A stretch of 64,000 nucleotides of DNA. Source: the human T2T-CHM13v2.0 reference genome, Homo sapiens. Numbering within the stretch: the stretch's first letter is position 1; the number at the start of each line of letters is the position of its first letter. The notes below the pieces were generated by a model. That model saw only the letters and a list, made by a program, of their open reading frames with translations, had not been told where the DNA came from and searched no databases. The stretch lies in the NCBI RefSeq assembly GCF_009914755.1, contig NC_060926.1; one strand, written 5' to 3'. This document shows positions 56,228 to 64,000 of this stretch, piece after piece. The translations under genes were made by a program, and so were the position numbers.

Positions 56228-57253
56228 AATATGTGTAGAAGTGTGTGTGTCCTGGTCCCTTTAATCCCCTAAATATGTGTCCTGTTGATAAACACATTGT
56301 AGGCCTGTGATAAATGCTTGTTGCAGTGAAAATAAAATTCATCTGAGTTCACTTAAATTTCACAAATAACACTTCTACAGGCCATTTAACGCTTTGGGGA
56401 GAGCCAAACCTCGTAACTCCAAAATGAATGAGTGTCTATAAGCTAGTAGCCATCCTCAGGAAAGGAAAGGTTCGCTTAGGGAAATGACTCACCCCCAACC
56501 TGGGTGATGAACTGAGATCAACTGAGTTCCTGTGGAACATGAGTGCACACTGAATGGAAGTCAATTGCAGTTCGTTTTCAAACGTCGTATCAACTGCTCC
56601 AACTCCCGTTTTCATAGAAGACAAAGGGGAAGTAAGGTCTATTAGGAGCCAGGGTTGCTGAACCATTCATCCCTTCCACCCTAACATCTTGTCTCTGGGG
56701 ACTCACAGGGATGAGCTAGAGTATTTGTCCATGTGGGCCAAGGAGAGATTGGTTATCAAAGCTGGACATGCCCTATCCAGCCCACACCACCATGGCTGGT
56801 ATCATGAAGGGGGCCACAGTTGGAGTTGGAGGAGGAGAGAGGTATGTGAAAGCAAGCAAGCAATGTAAGACAAAATTAAAGGAAAGGGATTTAGGAAGCC
56901 ACAAATGAGTTCCCAGATAAGTAGCTGTAGGTGGAGGTAAGTAGACGAGTTGCCAAGAGCCTTGATGAAGTTCACACACACCAGTGCTCTTCTTGTCCTG
57001 CACTTGGCGGGTCGTTCATCATGAAGGTCACACCACTGATTGTGTCATGCAAACAGGAACAGATGCACACATTGGGGTTTTCAAGTCTATCCCAAAAATC
57101 AACAGACTGCAAGGCACCAAGCGAGTCATATCGGTTCTGTGACTCAGTTCCTCAGCTTTACAGTGGAAACAATGACTATATCACAGGAGTCTTGTAAGAC
57201 TGAAACAAAATGATACACGTAACAGTGCTCAGAATACTAGTTGAATGAGAATG

Positions 57254-57610
57254 TGATATGGTTTGGCTATGTCCCCACCCAAATCTCACCTCAAATTGTA
57301 ATAATCCCCATATGTCAAGGGTGGGGCCAGCTGGAGATAATTGAATCATGGTGACGGTTTCTCCCATTCTGTTCTCATGGTAATGAATAAGTCTCACAAG
57401 ATCTGATGGTTTTATAAAGGCGAGTTCCCCTGCACAGTTCTCTCTTGCCTATCACCATGTATGATATCTCTTTGCTCTTCCTTAGTCTTCTGCCATGATT
57501 GTGAGGCCTCCCCAGACATGCTGAACTGTGAGTCCATTAAACCTCTTTCCTTTATAGATTGCCCAGTCTCAGGTGTGTCTTTATTAGGAGCTTGAGAACA
57601 GACTAATACA
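57254..57610 (+). mobile_element. THE1B-type MaLR solo LTR
   Basis: tgatatggtttggct...gactaataca; TSD gaatg/gtatg. Confidence 0.92.
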
Positions 57611-57654
57611 GTATGTGTGGATGTGGCTGAAAGAGGTGTGTTTATTGAATGAAA

Positions 57655-58070
57655 ATAATAATAATCCACATTTTTGAACACCTGACTAGGTGTTTGGCTT
57701 ACCTAAAGAGCTTTACACGTATTCTCTACTTCCCCCTTCACAAAATAAATCTATGAGGAAGGAAATTTTATTATCCCCATTTTATAGATGAGAAATTTAG
57801 AGAAATTTCCTTGTAGAGAAATTTAGTAACATGCCAAAGATCACACAGCTAAGGAGTGCCACAGAGGCAGCCCAAACACAGGCAGTGGGATAGAAGTCCC
57901 CATCATTAACCACAGAACAAGAGAAATAAGGAGGAGGAAGAGGAAAAGTAAGTTTCACTGATTGTATTGTTCGATCCTCACAACTACACTATGAGGTAGG
58001 GATTGGTGTAGCCCCGTTTCACAGGTGAAGACATTGAGGGCCCAAGAGGCTGATTAACTTGCACTAGAGG
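57655..58070 (-). mobile_element. Two adjacent MIR fragments
   Basis: 'ttatccccattttatagatgag', 'cctcacaactacactatgaggtagg'. Confidence 0.7.
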
Positions 58071-58129
58071 TATGGAGGAGAGAAAACTGATGGGGTGTTG
58101 GGAATCACAAATAGTTTATTACGCCTATT

Positions 58130-58385
58130 TGTGTTAAACAAGAGATTGAATCTTACAGCCAGACTTCCTGGGTTCAATTTCCAACTCCATCACTCACTTC
58201 CTGTGTGACCTTAGGCAAGTCACTTCACCTTCCCGTGCCTCAGTTTCCCCATCGGTATAATTGGAATAATAGTACCAACCTCCCTACACATCCTCACATG
58301 TACCCCAGAATTTAGAATAATAATAATAATAATAACAACCTCATGATCTGCTGTGAGGATGAAACAGTTAATAGATACTAAGTAC
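58130..58385 (+). mobile_element. MIR carrying a roughly 40-bp L1 3'-end insertion
   Basis: 'cctgggttcaattt...ctgtgtgaccttaggcaagtcactt...gcctcagtttcccc'; insertion at 58283-58324. Confidence 0.8.
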
Positions 58386-58387
58386 CT

Positions 58388-58535
58388 GCTACTCAGTGTA
58401 TGATCCCCCCACCATCAGCAGCACCTGGAGGCTTGTTAGAAAGGCAGAATCCCTGCCCGATGCAGTCACTGACTCTGAACCTGACCTCAGGGGATGTGTA
58501 ATTTGTGTGCATGTGGACTTTTGAGAAGAGCTGTG
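58388..58535. mobile_element. MER5A-type hAT MITE
   Basis: 'catcagcagcacctggaggcttgttagaaaggcagaatc...tttgagaagagctg'. Confidence 0.7.
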
Positions 58536-59176
58536 AACAGTATAGAGCAAGCCCTCCATTCGCAAATATCTGTGTTATCATCACAGCCGAGGCCTGAGTG
58601 TGGGCAGGGAGCAGGGAAGACTGGAAAGTGAACCAGGTAAAGTAAGTTGGAGGTAGACTGTGAAGGGCTTGGCTCAGGAAATCAGGCATCCCAAAGGTGA
58701 CAGAGGGATGCGGGCCTGTGTGCTCCAGGCCTGGCTCCCAAGGAACCGCTGAACAATCAAGTTGCTCCTTCTCACTCTTCCCCACCATGGGGTCAGGACC
58801 CAAAACGAATCAAATAAGAAATTCATGGCAAAGTGTGCTAGGAACTGGGAAACACTACACAAAAGTAAGGATTCGTGACTGAGAGAGCAATTGCCTTCCC
58901 AGTGTAGGGGAACCTGGGCCCTGGGATTCAGAATGCTATTCCAAGAGGGAGCAGAATGGATCACCCTAGGCATGTGTGTCTGGGGCCAGAGGCTGAGGAT
59001 GACGAGAAGATTATAAAAGTCTGTGTTTTTAGGACATCCCCAGGTCGTTCCAAAGGGGATGGGTGGCTTAGAGTGTCAGTTCTCAAATGTGAGAGGGCAC
59101 CAGGTCTTCCCTGAGGGTAATTTGGACACGGGGTCTCAGGCCTTCTTCCAGAGCTCCTGATTCAGTGGCTCTGGGT

Positions 59177-59439
59177 GGTATTAGTTTGCTAGAACTCATG
59201 TAACAAAGTACCACACACAGAGAGCTGTTAAACTACAGGGTTTCATTTTCTCACAGCTCTAGAAGCTGAAAGTCCAAGATTAAGGTGTCAGCAGGGTTGG
59301 TTTCTTCTGGGGCTGTGAGAAAGACTCTGTCTCAGGCCTCTCTTCCTCTCTTCTAGCCTCTGGTAGTTTGCTGGTCATCTTTGGTGGTCTTGGTTTGTAG
59401 AGACATCACCCCAGTCTCTGCCTTCATGTTCACATGGTG

Positions 59440-59479
<40 letters not shown>

Positions 59480-59662
59480 CTGAATGTCCCCTTCTTATAA
59501 GAACACCAGTCATATTGGATTTGGGGCACACCAGCTCCAGTATGATCTCATTTACAGGAATTACATCAGCAACAGCCTATCTCCAAAAACAGTCCCATTC
59601 CAAAGCGCTCATTGTTAGAACCTCAACATATGAATTTTAGGAGGATGCAATTCAGCTCCTTC
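59177..59662 (-). mobile_element. MLT1C-type MaLR LTR containing (TG)n at 59441-59476
   Basis: 'gtattagtttgctag...gtaacaaagtaccaca...aagtccaagattaaggtgtcagcagggttgg...cttataagaacaccagtcatattggatt'. Confidence 0.85.
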
Positions 59663-62269
59663 TCAATACAGATTTATCTACCATTGTGCCTTTGCTCCTG
59701 GACTCCCACAAGTCCTCTGGGAACACAGCCCTGGACTTCTCAGAGCAGTCACCCCTCAGTGCCCACCTCTGTGAAGGCGCCATTCACAGCTCAGTGGTGC
59801 TGTGTCCCTCCAAGCCCCTCTCCCTTCCAGGACCCCAGTGATTCCCAGGGCAACTGCCTTCCCGACACATCTATAGAGCTGAAAATCTGCGGTTACCATG
59901 GTTAATATTCCTGACTTGATTGGCACCACCAGTAATTGAACTGCAGTCTCTCGAGTGCAACACGCTCTATTCATTAGCTTCTATTGTGTTGGGCCATTGC
60001 ATCAAACCACATTATCTTCCTGCTACCGAAAGAAAAAAAGAAGAAGAAAGGAAGAAAGAAAAGGCAGTCATGAATACAACAACGCTATGTTGCCATATGA
60101 GATGTTGCAGTTTTGCTTCGAGGGTGAAATCGTTCTAGACGGAATGTAATGTTGTACCAGCTCTGGCCCCATCAAGAATGGTGAGATGTAAAGTGAGAAA
60201 TCTTAATTTTGGTGGCACAGTCACACAGAATCAGAGCTAGAAATCAAAACTAGCCGAGTCCCAGTGTTTGTGTCATGAAGGCAACTGCTCGTTTGTTTAC
60301 CATACTGTCAACATGCTCAGAGCCATCTCAGAATCCGCGTCTCCCGTACGTCTATTTATACCTTACCCCTCTTCCCAGCATTTGGGAAATCTTTTGTGAG
60401 CTTGCGGAAGTTTTTATTTGAGGACTTAATAAAAAGTACATGGGTTGGTAAAATTCTTGGATTTTTATCGCAGGTTTCTATTTTTAATCATCATGAGAAA
60501 CGTTTTGTTTGTTTTGAAGCTAGAGATGCTTCACTTTTCTTCACTGGAATTCCACTTTTCTTCTTTTATTTATTTATTTCTCACTTACCTCATTCACAGT
60601 TCCTGGAGATATGCTAATATCACACTGTGTGGCTATGCACACAATTATGTTTTAAATAATAAAGAAAATGCAATAATAAGAAACGGTGGGCTTTGGGCTT
60701 TTGTTTTGATTTTTCTGACATTCCAGCATTTAATTGTAAAACACTCTTCTGGCTTTATAATTGCTGGCTTAGTTGATGGGAAATTGTAAGACTTTAAAAT
60801 CTGAGTGTGAACAACCTTGACTGTCGCCTGCTCTCTGGGCCCACGTCACTGAAAGCTAAGAAAACAGCTCCACTCAATGGACTAACATCACCGAGAACCT
60901 CCTTCTCAACACCGGCTCTTCGCTGTGCATGTGAATACCACCTGGGTGCTGGTAGATTCTCTCTTCTTCAGATCCTGCCTCAACTTATCCCTTCCATTCA
61001 TGTCTTCCCTATGTTTCTCAATTTACCTTTCTGCCACCTTCCTACAGAACACCTCTTCCCCATCCAGACCTTATCACTTCGTGTCTGGATTTGGAAATCA
61101 CCTCTTCTCTGACCACTTCTCTCTGCCTGCCTCCTGATTTCAAATCAGGTAACTTCCTAAAACCACTTATATTTAATTTCTGGAGAGAGTCTGCAATATT
61201 AAAATGATTTCTTCCTAGAAAAAAAAAGTTGAAAAATTAATAGTCCAATGACCACAACCACCTGCAAAGCCCTGTTTTCCCAGCACAAGGTGAAAATCTG
61301 TGCATCTGGTGTCTGTGCGCACCCCCTGCACGCTGGTTCTCCGGAGGCTTCACCACTCCCTGTTGCCCTGCACAAGGTGCTGCCCAATTTCTGAGGGCCG
61401 CCCGGCCCTGAAAACATCGGCGCAGCCACACTCATCATGGCACTTGCACTCATCACTGCTGCCAATGCAGCAAACTTAGGCTCACCCATCTGACTCTCCC
61501 ATCATCTAAGCCCAGTGTCCTCTCCGGTTCCAACTCCCTCCCAGCCTTGCTGGGGGGCTGGTCTCCAGTTTCACAACCTCAATTCCAGCAGCATCTTGCA
61601 TAGGATGCTTTTGCTCCTCGCCTTCACCCACCTAAACTTTGTCACACTCCAATCCCAGTTCAAGTTCCTGTTTCCTGCTTGAAGCCCTCCCTGCCTTCTA
61701 CCCCATAGCAGTTTGCCCCCGAGGCAGTCCTGGGCAGCTGCTGGGCTGCCTGGGACAGGCTGAGTCAATCTAACTCCAGGGAAAGCTCTTTACTGGCTGG
61801 CTGCACACACTTTCCTGCTTTCCGCTACAGAGCACTAAATATGTCGCTGGTACTGCTCAGAAAGGGCTTTCAAATGCTTTAAAATCTGTATAAAGAAGAC
61901 ACTAGTTACATAGATACGAAGTATTCTGCTCTAAAAGTTTTTTTCCCAACACAAAATGAAGCTTCTCTTCTCTTTAACTTCCTAGGATTCAAGCTCCCTC
62001 GGGTGCACTTACAAAGTCCAGAGAAGCTTGCAGGGTGCTCCCAGGGCACTGACTGAGCAGGAGTGGGAAACAGGTTGCTAATTCTCTAGGCCCCTCCCTC
62101 TGCCAGCAGAATCGGCTGCATTATGTTAGGGTCAAGTCACAGGAGGACACAGGACTCTCCCAAGCATGGCCTACCCCAACTCTAGGCTCTAGGCCCAGGG
62201 GGCTCCACCTCCCTCCCCAAACACCTCATGCCCTAACGCTGGCTTCACTTTGACCTCTACACCCCTTTC

Positions 62270-62725
62270 TGTCATGGTCTGTCTGCTGGAATGCCCTTCA
62301 TTTGTGTTATAAGGCCCAGTTCAATGTTCACCTCTCTAGGAAGACTTCTCTCCTCTCCCCAAATGAAGCATGAGCTACCCTCACCTCCTGCATACTCCTG
62401 CAGCCCTTTGAACTCGGTTTTCACTTCTGTTTTTTTTGTTTGTCTGCTTGTCTTGCTGTTGCACCTCTCTCTACACTGAAGCTAAGATTCACCATTTTGC
62501 TTCCTCCTAAGAATTCCTCTTACACCACAACCTCTCACCCTTTGTCCTTGAGTTTCTCAGACACCCAACTTGAATTCTCAGTGCAAATCTGGGAGTCAAT
62601 GAAAGAGCAAGTTGGAGCTGTGAAATCACCCTCACCCCACCACCCATCCCTCTGCTGTAAAAAGAAATACATGCAAAATTGCTGAGAACAAGATCTGGAA
62701 AACAGTAGGTGCTTAAATGAGGCTA
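62270..62725 (+). mobile_element. L2 fragments
   Basis: 'ctggaatgcccttc...aaggcccagttcaatgttcacctctctaggaagacttctc', 'cagtaggtgcttaa'. Confidence 0.55.
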
Positions 62726-63253
62726 ATGGCTTCCCTTCTTTCTCATTGCAGGAAATACGAATCCTAACATGATGAATTCCCAAGTATTTTAAATGATAAT
62801 AAAATATTTCCAGCTCAAGTAGATATTCAAATGAGAGCGATGTTGCTAAGAGCTGAGCCTTGGAAAAGGCCTGGAAAACGCTGCAGTAAAAACTCTCCGG
62901 ACTTTCTCTGTGTATTCTCTAACTCAACTGGCAACATGAGCCACTAAATGATGCTAAAGACACAGGTTTCATTGCATTCTTGACTTTTTTGCTCTTCGGC
63001 CAAATGTCAGCGCCCCCAATTCACGGCTCCAAGAGGACCTGTCCGTGAGAGCACCAGCCCAGCCCCCACCTGTGTGAATGAAGAGACCCATGTATCCAGA
63101 AAACTACAAGTGACATGTGCAGAGTGACAGCGAGAGCCCTGATCACAGTTCCTGTTTCTGTCCAGGGCTGCTTGTACCACAACAGGCCATCAGATGGACG
63201 CTGTCCACAGTCTATTACGGCAAGGGGGCAGGAGGCCTGGTGGGAGCCGGTAA

Positions 63254-63868
<615 letters not shown>

Positions 63869-64000
63869 ACAAAGCCTCTTTAAGTTTACTTTTTTGGGGT
63901 TGACAGCAAGTTGTTCAATACAGCCCTTAAAATATTTATTATTTTAAGGAAAGTAGATGCATAGCTGTGATAACTTCAGCAAATAGTTTTAATTAAGCTG

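Overview
Human genomic DNA, identified by a human-specific AluYb8 at 25926-26235. It reads as intronic or intergenic, and I could not identify the locus. I recognise no host protein-coding exon. The only ORFs with recognisable products are broken pieces of a 5'-truncated L1PA3-like LINE-1 (29341-33970) and of a near-full-length Tigger1 transposon (14173-16885). The rest is a typical mammalian repeat mosaic: 7 Alus, solo LTRs (MER41B, THE1B/D, MLT1, MLT2, MER54-like, other ERV1), L2, MIR, L3, old L1M, hAT MITEs and microsatellites. Several repeat-poor blocks look regulatory, above all a CpG-enriched block at about 34.4-37.6 kb with CArG, TATA, E-box, GATA, AP-1 and TEAD motifs. The most unusual structure is a set of local templated copies that repeat annotation does not explain. 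These are a multi-step inverted duplication inside an MLT2 LTR microsatellite (48.7-49.95 kb), serial fold-back palindromes (22.86 kb, 45.73 kb, 8.8 kb) and two short non-tandem direct duplications (10132/11465 and 24854/26972). I found no convincing new gene system. Repeat subfamily names come from recalled consensus sequences and identities from by-eye alignment, so both need RepeatMasker/BLAST confirmation.
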